Shown here: positions 42,411 through 50,322 of the stretch, piece after piece
Position numbering within the stretch: position 1 is the first letter of the stretch
Layout: each line of letters opens with the position of its first letter
Source: Candidatus Hebobacterum abditum
GTDB taxonomy: Bacteria; Armatimonadota; Hebobacteria; Hebobacterales; Hebobacteraceae
Length of the DNA stretch: 64,000 nucleotides
Assembly: GCA_029821875.1 (NCBI GenBank)
Contig: JALGXW010000011.1
Location: 15,060 to 79,059 of the forward strand
Direction: 5' to 3'
Notes under the pieces: model-generated
Told to the model about the DNA's origin: nothing
Databases searched by the model: none
Seen by the model: only the letters and a program-made list of their open reading frames with translations
Made by a program: the position numbers and the translations under genes

Positions 42411-44482
42411 GTCTCCTCGCCTCGCTCAGCCGAGTTGATGCCCGCAACCTTTCGTCGTGAGATCTCCCAGAACGCCGTCCACGACACCTCCGCAGACTCC
42501 TGCGTGCGCCACAGCTCTATCCGCTCTCCACTCAGCCCTATCTCCTCCAGTATGCGCTTGGCTTCCTCCACTCGCGCGCCGAGCCTATCCTCCGCGGTTG
42601 GGTACAGGCATTCGCCCTCGGCGCAGGCGATGATCGAGACGCAATCGGCCCCTTGCTCGAAGGGGGCCAGCATGTCCGGCACGCTCAACCGGCCGACACA
42701 TGGCACGAGCACCCTGGCGACTCCGGTCGTCTGGACGTCCTCCGGATTCTCTTCGAGAAACTTGCGGCTGGTGGTCTCGAACAGACAGCAGTAGGACACG
42801 ATCAACGCGGGTGGGGCGGCCTTCTGTCTCTCGGCCAGCAGGCGACTCAGATCCTGTTCGATGCGCTCGGCTCCGAAGCGTTTGAGGGCGACCGCGGCCG
42901 CCGGGCAGACAGCGGCACAGAGACCGCAGGCCTGGCACTCCTCCTCGGGCATCGACGCGGTCTTGGCTACAGCTGCGACGCCGAAGGGGCAGATCCGGAC
43001 ACATGTCAGACAGGCGGCACAGCGTTCTTCGTCTACGAAGGCCCCTGTCGTACACGCGAGGCAGCGTTGCGCCTCCGCGCGCGCCTCCGCCTCGGTGAAG
43101 CCCCGCTCGACCTCGGAGAAACCCTGCACTCGCTCCTCGCCGGGCGGGCGGTCTACCTCCACGCGTGCTCGCTGCTTGATGTGCTCTATGGTGTCATCTG
43201 GCAGATCACCGATCGTGGGGAGCTCTTCTCTCGGCGTCTGCTTCAGGAGCCCTCCGGTGTCGAGAAAGTGCTGGATTGCCCGGGCCGCGCGATGACCGTC
43301 GGCCACAGCCTCCACCGCCGCGCCAGGCCCGGTGCTGACCTCCCCGCACGCGAACACGCCGCGCTCCGACGTCACCATCGTTTCGGGGTCATACTCAAGT
43401 TGGCCCCGACTGCCGATCCTGATGCTGGAGTCCCTCAGGCAGGTCAGGTCCGCTGCCTGCCCGATGGCCAGCACGACCGTGTCGGCGCTCAAGCTGGAGC
43501 CTTGGTCCTCATCGAAGGCCGGGCTGAAGTTCCCCTCGTCGTCGAAAACGCGGACGCAGCGCTTCAGCTCGACGCCCGTGACTCTCCCGTCGTCGCTCAG
43601 CACCGCCCGCGGTCCCCAGGAGGTCGCCAGGTTCACGCCCTCCTCCAGCGCCTCCTCGATCTCCCACTCCCAGGCCGGCATCTCATCCCGCGCTTCGAGG
43701 CAGGTCATCGTCACGTCGGCGGCCCCCAGCCGCCGCGCGCACCGCGCGACATCCACCGCAACATTGCCTCCCCCGATGACGACCACGCGGTCACCGAGAG
43801 GTGGTGGCTCACCCAAAGACACAGCTCGCAGCACAGGGAGCGCCAGCAAGACGCCGTGGCTATCGATGCCAGGGACTCCGAGGCTCCGACTTTCGCTTAG
43901 GCCCGTGGCAAGAAGAGTCGCGCGGAAATCGCGCTGTAACTCTGTGAGAGGGATGTCCCCACCGACGGCACACCGTGTCCGCAGTTCTATGCCCAGTGCG
44001 AGGATGTCATCGATGTCTTCCCGGAGCACCTCATAGGGGAGGCGATACCGGGGAATGGTCGTGCCCAACATCCCGCCTGGCTCGTCGGCGCTCTCGAAGA
44101 CGACGACACCGAACCCCACCCGCGCCAGATCGTGAGCAGCGGTCAGGCCTGCAGGCCCGGCACCGACGATGGCGACTCTCTCCTTGCGTGTGCGCTTGGC
44201 GGGCCCGCGTCGGCGCAGGCGGTACTCGCCGGTGGCCTCGACGATGAAGCGCTTGAGTTGCCGCAGACCCACCGGAGCATCGACCTTGTGGCGTCGGCAA
44301 CTCTCCTCGCACGGATGATGGCAGATCCGGCCACAGACAGAGGTGAACGGATTCGCCTCCAGCAGCAGGTCGAGCGCCTCCTCGTAGTGTCCCTCCAGGA
44401 CGCGCTCCACCATGAGGCGAGTATCTGTGTGCACCGGGCAAGCAACTAAGCAAGGGGCCTCGCGCGCGGCCCGCGTATCCAT
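42407..44482 (-). CDS. GltD/NfnB-like NAD(P)H flavin oxidoreductase fused to 2x[4Fe-4S] ferredoxin and MvhD (FlpD)-like domain
   Basis: N-terminal region CLVACPVHTD...NPFTSVCGRICHHPCEESC. Dinucleotide folds VAIVGAGPAGLTAA and VVVIGGGNVAVD. Ferredoxin motifs CAACLTCVRICP and CQACGLCAAVCP. MvhD-like C-terminus VSYCC...LVPCVGRLS...IIACAEGEC. Confidence 0.8.
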   Translation of the reverse strand: MDTRAAREAPCLVACPVHTDTRLMVERVLEGHYEEALDLLLEANPFTSVCGRICHHPCEESCRRHKVDAPVGLRQLKRFIVEATGEYRLRRRGPAKRTRKERVAIVGAGPAGLTAAHDLARVGFGVVVFESADEPGGMLGTTIPRYRLPYEVLREDIDDILALGIELRTRCAVGGDIPLTELQRDFRATLLATGLSESRSLGVPGIDSHGVLLALPVLRAVSLGEPPPLGDRVVVIGGGNVAVDVARCARRLGAADVTMTCLEARDEMPAWEWEIEEALEEGVNLATSWGPRAVLSDDGRVTGVELKRCVRVFDDEGNFSPAFDEDQGSSLSADTVVLAIGQAADLTCLRDSSIRIGSRGQLEYDPETMVTSERGVFACGEVSTGPGAAVEAVADGHRAARAIQHFLDTGGLLKQTPREELPTIGDLPDDTIEHIKQRARVEVDRPPGEERVQGFSEVERGFTEAEARAEAQRCLACTTGAFVDEERCAACLTCVRICPFGVAAVAKTASMPEEECQACGLCAAVCPAAAVALKRFGAERIEQDLSRLLAERQKAAPPALIVSYCCLFETTSRKFLEENPEDVQTTGVARVLVPCVGRLSVPDMLAPFEQGADCVSIIACAEGECLYPTAEDRLGARVEEAKRILEEIGLSGERIELWRTQESAEVSWTAFWEISRRKVAGINSAERGEET

Positions 44483-44730
44483 CGATGCCTCTTGAGCGCC
44501 AATCTGAATCCTACTCTATCACATTCTCTCATCGCACCCGCCGTCTGTCAACCGAGCATCGATGAGCCGACCAGGCGCTCCTCTGCACCGTCGCCTCTTC
44601 TGTTCGACAGTGAGTCTGAGATCGGGGCGCCGCGCGGCCTCGACGAGCGCCATCGGAGATCGAAGGCAGGGAGGACGGGCGTCGCGCCTGGGAATCGCTA
44701 CAGCATTTGGACTGCGCGGCTGGCTTCCCA

Positions 44731-45690
44731 TCAGAAACGGTCTGATGCATGGCGCGACGCGGTCTCTCGCGCACGCTCGATCACGTCGCGCGTCCACGCC
44801 ACTCCCATGGGCCTCACCGCCAGCAGCGCGGCCCCTACGGCCGGAGCCACTGGCGGGATGACCGGGCGAACGCCGGGCGCGACCGTCGTGAGGTGGTGGC
44901 AGACGCGGTCCCACCATAGGCGGCAGTGGCGCGCCACACCACCAATGCGGATCGCGGGGAACGACATGTCGGCAAGGCTCAGCTCGTTGATGATGTCGAT
45001 GGCCAGCTCTGCCAGTTCGTCCGCCGCGCAATGTAAGCAGTCGATGCTGATTCGGTCACCGGCGCTGGCCTCAGCGTCGACCGTTTTCGCGAGAGCCGCG
45101 ATCTCCCTTCTCGTGATGCCCTTGACGTAGACTCGGTCGAAGACGCCGTCCAGTGCGGCCACGTCGAGCGCGCGCGGCATCGCCTCTGCCAGGCTCGTTC
45201 GGCGGGCCTCCGTCCAGTGAGAGGCGAAGGCTGCGCGAAGTCCTAGCAGGCCGATCGCGTACGCGCTCCCGTAGTCGTTCAGTATCGGGCCCCGCCCGCC
45301 GAAGTGGAGGTCACGGCCATCGGGCGCCCGGCCGTGAACGAAGGACCCGGTGCCGGCGAGGACGATGATCCCCCACTCCTCTTGGGCCGAAGCGAAGGCT
45401 GTGTCTACCTCGCTTGCCTCCATGTAGCACACCAGGTTGTTGTGAACCCTGACCGCATCGCGCGCGGCGCCTTCGGGTAGGTGGCCAGCGACCCAGACAT
45501 CGGCGCCCTGCACCGCGGAGAGCGCTCCGGTGACGGCCTCGACATACGAGCTGGAGACCACCTCTGGGGGATCGTAGTAGACGTGAGTCGGGCCGCCGCG
45601 TGCCCAGGCGACGACGGCGCCGCTCTCCTCCATGAGCACCGCGTCACACTTGGAGCCACCCCCGTCAATTCCCAGTGCATACCGAGGCAT
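44731..45690 (-). CDS. BadF/BadG/BcrA/BcrD-type ATPase (N-acetylglucosamine kinase-like)
   Basis: MPRYALGIDGGGSKCDAVL and IIVLAGTGSFVHG. Start chosen at 45690; the longer 404-aa ORF has an Arg-rich N-terminal extension that does not look like real protein. Confidence 0.8.
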   Translation of the reverse strand: MPRYALGIDGGGSKCDAVLMEESGAVVAWARGGPTHVYYDPPEVVSSSYVEAVTGALSAVQGADVWVAGHLPEGAARDAVRVHNNLVCYMEASEVDTAFASAQEEWGIIVLAGTGSFVHGRAPDGRDLHFGGRGPILNDYGSAYAIGLLGLRAAFASHWTEARRTSLAEAMPRALDVAALDGVFDRVYVKGITRREIAALAKTVDAEASAGDRISIDCLHCAADELAELAIDIINELSLADMSFPAIRIGGVARHCRLWWDRVCHHLTTVAPGVRPVIPPVAPAVGAALLAVRPMGVAWTRDVIERARETASRHASDRF

Positions 45691-45839
45691 CGGATCCCTG
45701 CCGACACTCCAGCTACCCGGATCAAGTGCGACGCCGTGGACGAAAGCCCTGCTCCAGGCGCCAATGCCACAGGCATCACGTGCGGGAGCGCCGAACCCAA
45801 GCCAGGTTGGCATCCGTGCTGTCGGAAAGGAGCCCATTG

Positions 45840-47558
45840 ATGAGCCAGGGCAAGGGTAGTTGCAGCGTGAAGATCGGCGGCACGCGAGTCGCCGCCTCCA
45901 CTCACGCCATCGTCGTTCCCGACTCGGCCACACCGCAGGAGACACATGCCGCCGGTGATCTGCAGGCCCACCTCGAGCAGATCACGGGCGAGAGCTTGCC
46001 CATTCTGACAGACAGCAAGGCCGGTGACAGAACGCCGATCGTCGTCGGCAAGAGCGCTCTCCTCCCGAAACTCGGCCTCGCCACCGACTTCGACTCACTG
46101 GGGCAGGAGGGGATCGCCATCAGGACCGCGGGTCCCGCCATGGCACTGCTCGGGAACGCCCGCGGTGCGCTCTACGCCTGCTACACCTTCCTCGAGGACT
46201 ACCTGAGCTGCCGCTGGTTCACGCCGGACTGCACGGCACTGCCGCAGGCGGGTACGTTCGACATCCCTGAGATCGACCGGCGGTACGTGCCGCCCTTGGA
46301 GTATCGTGCAACCGACTACCCCAACTCAAGAGACGCCGATTGGGCCGTCCGCAACAAGATGAACGGCCAGTTCACCGAGATCGATGAGCCGCGCGGCGGC
46401 AAGATCGCCTACCGGGGGTTCGTTCACACCTTCAACTCGCTCGTGCCACCGGAGAAGTACTTCGCCGACCATCCCGAGTACTACTCCGAGATCGACGGCA
46501 CACGGGTCGGCCCCGACCGGAGCCAGCTCTGTCTCACCAATCCCGACGTGCTCCGCATCGCAACCGAGACCGTCCGCCAGTGGATCCAGGAATCCCCGGA
46601 GGCGTCCATATTCTCCGTCTCTCAGAACGACTGGGAGAACTACTGCCAGTGCGCCCGCTGCACCGCGCTGTCGGCGGAAGAGGGCAGCCAGATCGGCCCC
46701 ATTCTCCACTTCGTGAACGCCATCGCAGACGATGTGGCGGGGGACCATCCCGACAAGATCATAGACACCCTGGCCTACTGGTACAGCCGCAAGCCGCCGA
46801 AGAGCGTCCGGCCCCGGCCCAATGTCGTCATCCGTCTCTGTTCCATCGAGTGCTGCTTCATCCATCCCCTGGAGAGCGATCCCTACAACGCCTCCTTCGT
46901 GGACGACATCGAGGAGTGGTCGCGCGTCTCCAACCGCCTTTGGATTTGGGACTACGTCATCAACTACGCCCACAACATTCAGCCCTTCCCGAATCTGTAC
47001 GTGCTCAAGCCCAACATCAACTTCTTCCTCCGCAACGGCGTGACCGGCATCTACGAGGAGGCCAACTACTTCTCACGCGGCGGAGAGCTGGCCGAGCTGC
47101 GCACCTACATCATCGCCAAGACCCTGTGGGATCCGTCCTATGACACCGACAGGGCGATAGACGAGTTCCTGTCGGGCTACTATGGGCAGGCCGCCGCACC
47201 CATCCGCGACTACCTGAACCTGCTGCACCGGGAAGTGCCAGCAACGCCCGACCTCCACGTGCGGATCTACGCGCCGCCTGAATCCTATCTCACGCCCGAC
47301 CTCGTGCGCCGGTCGGCCGCGCTCCTCGACAACGCGGAGGAGGCCGTGGCGGACGACGTCGAGCTTCTCCGCCGCGTGCGCGTCGCTCGCCTGCCTATCA
47401 TCTATACACAGCTTGCGCTAGGCATCGAGACAGGGGAGGCGAAGGCCGCGTTGGTGGCCCGGTTCGAGGAGATCGCGCGCGCCGAGGGAGTGACCAAGGT
47501 GGCCGAGTGGGGCGAGCTTGCTCCGTTGGACGCGTGGCTGGCCGCGCAGCGCGCGTGA
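45840..47558 (+). CDS. DUF4838-like putative glycoside hydrolase
   Basis: ATG 45840 with GGAAAGGAG upstream. Motifs GFVHTFNSLVPPEKYFADHPEYYSE, QLCLTNPDV, SVSQNDWENYCQCARC and DTLAYWYSRKPP are as I recall for DUF4838 proteins. Confidence 0.7.
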   Translation: MSQGKGSCSVKIGGTRVAASTHAIVVPDSATPQETHAAGDLQAHLEQITGESLPILTDSKAGDRTPIVVGKSALLPKLGLATDFDSLGQEGIAIRTAGPAMALLGNARGALYACYTFLEDYLSCRWFTPDCTALPQAGTFDIPEIDRRYVPPLEYRATDYPNSRDADWAVRNKMNGQFTEIDEPRGGKIAYRGFVHTFNSLVPPEKYFADHPEYYSEIDGTRVGPDRSQLCLTNPDVLRIATETVRQWIQESPEASIFSVSQNDWENYCQCARCTALSAEEGSQIGPILHFVNAIADDVAGDHPDKIIDTLAYWYSRKPPKSVRPRPNVVIRLCSIECCFIHPLESDPYNASFVDDIEEWSRVSNRLWIWDYVINYAHNIQPFPNLYVLKPNINFFLRNGVTGIYEEANYFSRGGELAELRTYIIAKTLWDPSYDTDRAIDEFLSGYYGQAAAPIRDYLNLLHREVPATPDLHVRIYAPPESYLTPDLVRRSAALLDNAEEAVADDVELLRRVRVARLPIIYTQLALGIETGEAKAALVARFEEIARAEGVTKVAEWGELAPLDAWLAAQRA

Positions 47559-47607
47559 GGGCCCGCGGCCACTGAGGGGCCGCCAACTGAGTGCTCGCCC
47601 GTTCGCT

Positions 47608-49725
47608 TCAGCCGCTGATGGCTGTCTCTCGGAATCCAACCAGGCCGCACTCGACGATGTAGCCGGCCCCGCCGCGGCCGAGCCGCTCGTCGGTCCCGCG
47701 AAGGATCTCCTGCCCGTCGAGGCTGGCGACGACATCGCTTCCCTTGACGGTGAGCGCCATGTCGTGTAGCTCTCCGACCTCCCAGGTGCAGGGCGCCTCC
47801 GCCAGGACCGTCTCGCCGTAAAGGTTGAGGACGAGCTTCAGGGCATCTCGGGTCTTGATGAGAGCGAGGTAGCGCTGTAGGCCCTGGTACCGTGCCACGA
47901 GGCCGCCAGCATCGGCCAGCGCGACAGTGAATCGGGCAGAGATCGTGTAGTCGGTCCAGTCATCAGTCCCGGTGATGACGACCCCGCGACCCTTGTCCTT
48001 CCCGAAGTGCGTCATTGGCTGCGCGTCCTGGGGGAACTTCCCGATCACGCGGTCGGCGTCCACGACCCAGCCCAGCACCGTCCCATCCTTGTCTCGCGGA
48101 AGGTCGTCCGGGATGTGGACGTCCGGCGCTCCGCTGAAGCGCACCGTGTCTACGGACACTGATCCCGTGGCGCCCGGGCCGCCTCCGATCTCCAGGCCGA
48201 TGTCCTTTACGGGGAAGCCGCGCTCGCCGGGCGCTGGCAGCGTGAGGGCGAAGGGCGCACCGGCCTTGAGGTCGGCCGTGTCGCCGTAGACTACTGTCGT
48301 GCCCGTGCTCACGTTGCTGCCCTCCTCGCCGGAGAAGCATCGCGCAAACGGGCGGATCGTCGTGCCTGCATCGCACCTTCCGGCCATCCCCTCCACCGTC
48401 GCCGTCTGTCCGCGGTAGAGTTTCGGAGTGCCCACGATTGCATACCCAGGCCCGCCTGGCTCTGCGAACACGGGTGTGGACACCCGGACCGGGTGACTCG
48501 GGGCCACGTGGCGGAACCGGATCTCGAGCATTCGCTGCCCCCCGGCCGCCGCAACGTTCTCCACCGCGGCCGTTCCGGGCAGACCCTGGTCCGTCTGCTC
48601 GACCATGTACCCATGCTGGCTGCCGGGGAGGCTGAAGTGGTGCCACGCTCCGCCCTTCGGTGCCTCAACCTGCGGCCAGCCCATGACAGCGCGGCCCATG
48701 TGCGCGATGCGCAACGCTTCGATGAGGCAGTCGGTGGTGAGTCGAGCCCCCTCCGCAGTAGGGAGCAGCATCCGATCGGCGAACGGCGATTGGAAGTCGT
48801 AGTCCCGGCTGATGCCATCCAGGCCGACCTGGATGCCCATCACGCTGCCCACGTTCGCGGCGTTGCAGTCGGTGTCCCACCCGGCGGTGTTTATGATGGC
48901 CTGGCCGAGGCGGAAGTCGTCGCCCGCGTAGCTCCACGCCATGACCATGATGGCGTGGTTTGGCACCATGTGGCAGTAGCCGCCGTAGGCTTCGTAGCTG
49001 TACTTCTCGGCGATGCGATCGTAGGTCTTGTGCCAGTCTCGGTCTTTCGCCGTCCATGCTCGGACGTCGCGGTGAACCTGGGCGATGCAGCTGTCTTCGG
49101 GGATGACACTGACGCCGATGTCCAGGAGCTTCTCCATGTCCTTCTCGACGAAGGCGGCCGACACCATGGCCGCCACGACCTTAGCGCCGTTCGCCGCCTC
49201 TCCATCGTGAGAGACGCGCGCGGCCGGCTCAGCGAGTCGGGCCGCCAGCTCCGGCTCGCCCGCCGCAACCATGCCGAAGGCATCGATGAAGATCTGCGCG
49301 CCGATCTGCTGCGCGACGACTGGCCCGTTGAGTTCGAGGCTGCCGCTCTTTGGTGACGGGAATCCCTGAGCGAGACGGAGATAGGCCGTGTGCTCGGTGG
49401 ACACGCCCATCCCGCCCCACCAGAGGATGGTCTTCCCTTCGATCAGGTAGTTGAGCCACGTCTTCCCGAAGAAGTCCTCCGGCGTGTCTGCATAGAGGCC
49501 GCTGTCCTCCAGCGCTCGGATGAAAGTGAAGGTGCCGGTGATATCGTCGTCCGTGACGATCAGCGGGTATCCACGGTCCGCCGCGACATAGCGATCCACC
49601 AGGCCCCAATGGGCGACGAGATCCTTCTTCCGCCACCCCTCGAACGGCCGTCCCATGTAGACTCCGATGACCTTCCCCAGCACCCCAGCGTAGACTTGCT
49701 CTTCGTAGTTCGCGATCTCACGCAC
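47608..49725 (-). CDS. ADP-ribosylglycohydrolase family domain fused to a C-terminal DUF1080/LamG-like domain
   Basis: The N-terminus YAGVLGKVIGVYMGRPFEGW...VTDDDITGT...GWDTDCNAANVGS is ARH-like. The C-terminal roughly 200 aa (DWTDYTISARFTV...GGAGYIVECG) resemble a concanavalin-like domain. Confidence 0.75.
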   Translation of the reverse strand: MREIANYEEQVYAGVLGKVIGVYMGRPFEGWRKKDLVAHWGLVDRYVAADRGYPLIVTDDDITGTFTFIRALEDSGLYADTPEDFFGKTWLNYLIEGKTILWWGGMGVSTEHTAYLRLAQGFPSPKSGSLELNGPVVAQQIGAQIFIDAFGMVAAGEPELAARLAEPAARVSHDGEAANGAKVVAAMVSAAFVEKDMEKLLDIGVSVIPEDSCIAQVHRDVRAWTAKDRDWHKTYDRIAEKYSYEAYGGYCHMVPNHAIMVMAWSYAGDDFRLGQAIINTAGWDTDCNAANVGSVMGIQVGLDGISRDYDFQSPFADRMLLPTAEGARLTTDCLIEALRIAHMGRAVMGWPQVEAPKGGAWHHFSLPGSQHGYMVEQTDQGLPGTAAVENVAAAGGQRMLEIRFRHVAPSHPVRVSTPVFAEPGGPGYAIVGTPKLYRGQTATVEGMAGRCDAGTTIRPFARCFSGEEGSNVSTGTTVVYGDTADLKAGAPFALTLPAPGERGFPVKDIGLEIGGGPGATGSVSVDTVRFSGAPDVHIPDDLPRDKDGTVLGWVVDADRVIGKFPQDAQPMTHFGKDKGRGVVITGTDDWTDYTISARFTVALADAGGLVARYQGLQRYLALIKTRDALKLVLNLYGETVLAEAPCTWEVGELHDMALTVKGSDVVASLDGQEILRGTDERLGRGGAGYIVECGLVGFRETAISG

Positions 49726-49727
49726 AG

Positions 49728-49991
49728 TTAGTTCTCCTCACAGGCGATAGGCCCCCAACCGGTGCCGCAGGGCCCGGCGATGACCGTCTGGCAGTGAAGG
49801 CCCGCCTTCTCAGGCAGGCAGCTTCCCTCGCGGCGAGGCGGGTCGATGAGGTCCGCCTCGCCGAAGTCGAGGGGCCGCTTCCCATTGTTCACCAGAGGTG
49901 TACCGGCCGCCTTCATCACTAGGTCAGTTCGACCCCGGCCCCCCGTCTCCTCACGTGCCATGACGTAGTCGGGCTGCACACGGCGCTTCAT
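49728..49991 (-). CDS. small Cys-containing hypothetical protein
   Basis: 87-aa ORF with high third-position G+C that ends 2 nt before the next gene start. Contains CLPEKAGLHCQTVIAGPCGTGWGPIAC. No family recognised. Confidence 0.4.
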   Translation of the reverse strand: MKRRVQPDYVMAREETGGRGRTDLVMKAAGTPLVNNGKRPLDFGEADLIDPPRREGSCLPEKAGLHCQTVIAGPCGTGWGPIACEEN

Positions 49992-50277
49992 GGTGCATCC
50001 GGGGCGGAATGCCGTGCGCGGCCTCCACGGGCGAGGTGTACCGAGAGATGGCGATGGGATCGTGATCGTAGAACCGCGTGTCGTAGCACTCGTATACGAC
50101 CGCGAGGTTCGAACGAAAGATACGCGGGGGCCCGCTCACACGCCCGTGGTCGGCGAGCTGGCGCGCTTGCTTGATCTCCTGCAGCCCCGCCAGGTCGCGC
50201 TCCTGCTCTCGTCGCTCGGATCAGCAGGGCCCACATCCGCCCATAAGCCAGTGTCCCAGGCCCACGACCCACAGCAT
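49951..50277 (-). CDS. hypothetical protein; possible selenoprotein with CGPC-TGA motif (in-frame TGA at 50221..50223)
   Basis: Hand translation: MLWVVGLGHWLMGGCGPC-TGA-SERREQERDLAGLQEIKQARQLADHGRVSGPPRIFRSNLAVVYECYDTRFYDHDPIAISRYTSPVEAAHGIPP... High GC3 persists on both sides of the TGA. The first canonical start after the TGA is GTG 50139, 27 codons downstream. I found no strong SECIS hairpin. Confidence 0.3.
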
Positions 50278-50322
50278 GCCCAGTGGTCACTGCTGCGTCT
50301 GACATCGGCAGGAGCGCTCCAC

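Noticed and set aside
38933-43900. Plus-strand ORFs of 397, 311, 338 and 415 aa
   Set aside because: All are antisense to the minus-strand kinase, metF, metV and flavoprotein genes, which have strong family motifs.
49988-50305. 105-aa minus-strand ORF MSDAAVTTGH...
   Set aside because: It has low third-position G+C and an Arg/Ala-rich translation. The overlapping frame containing CGPC-TGA-SERREQ has much better coding character.
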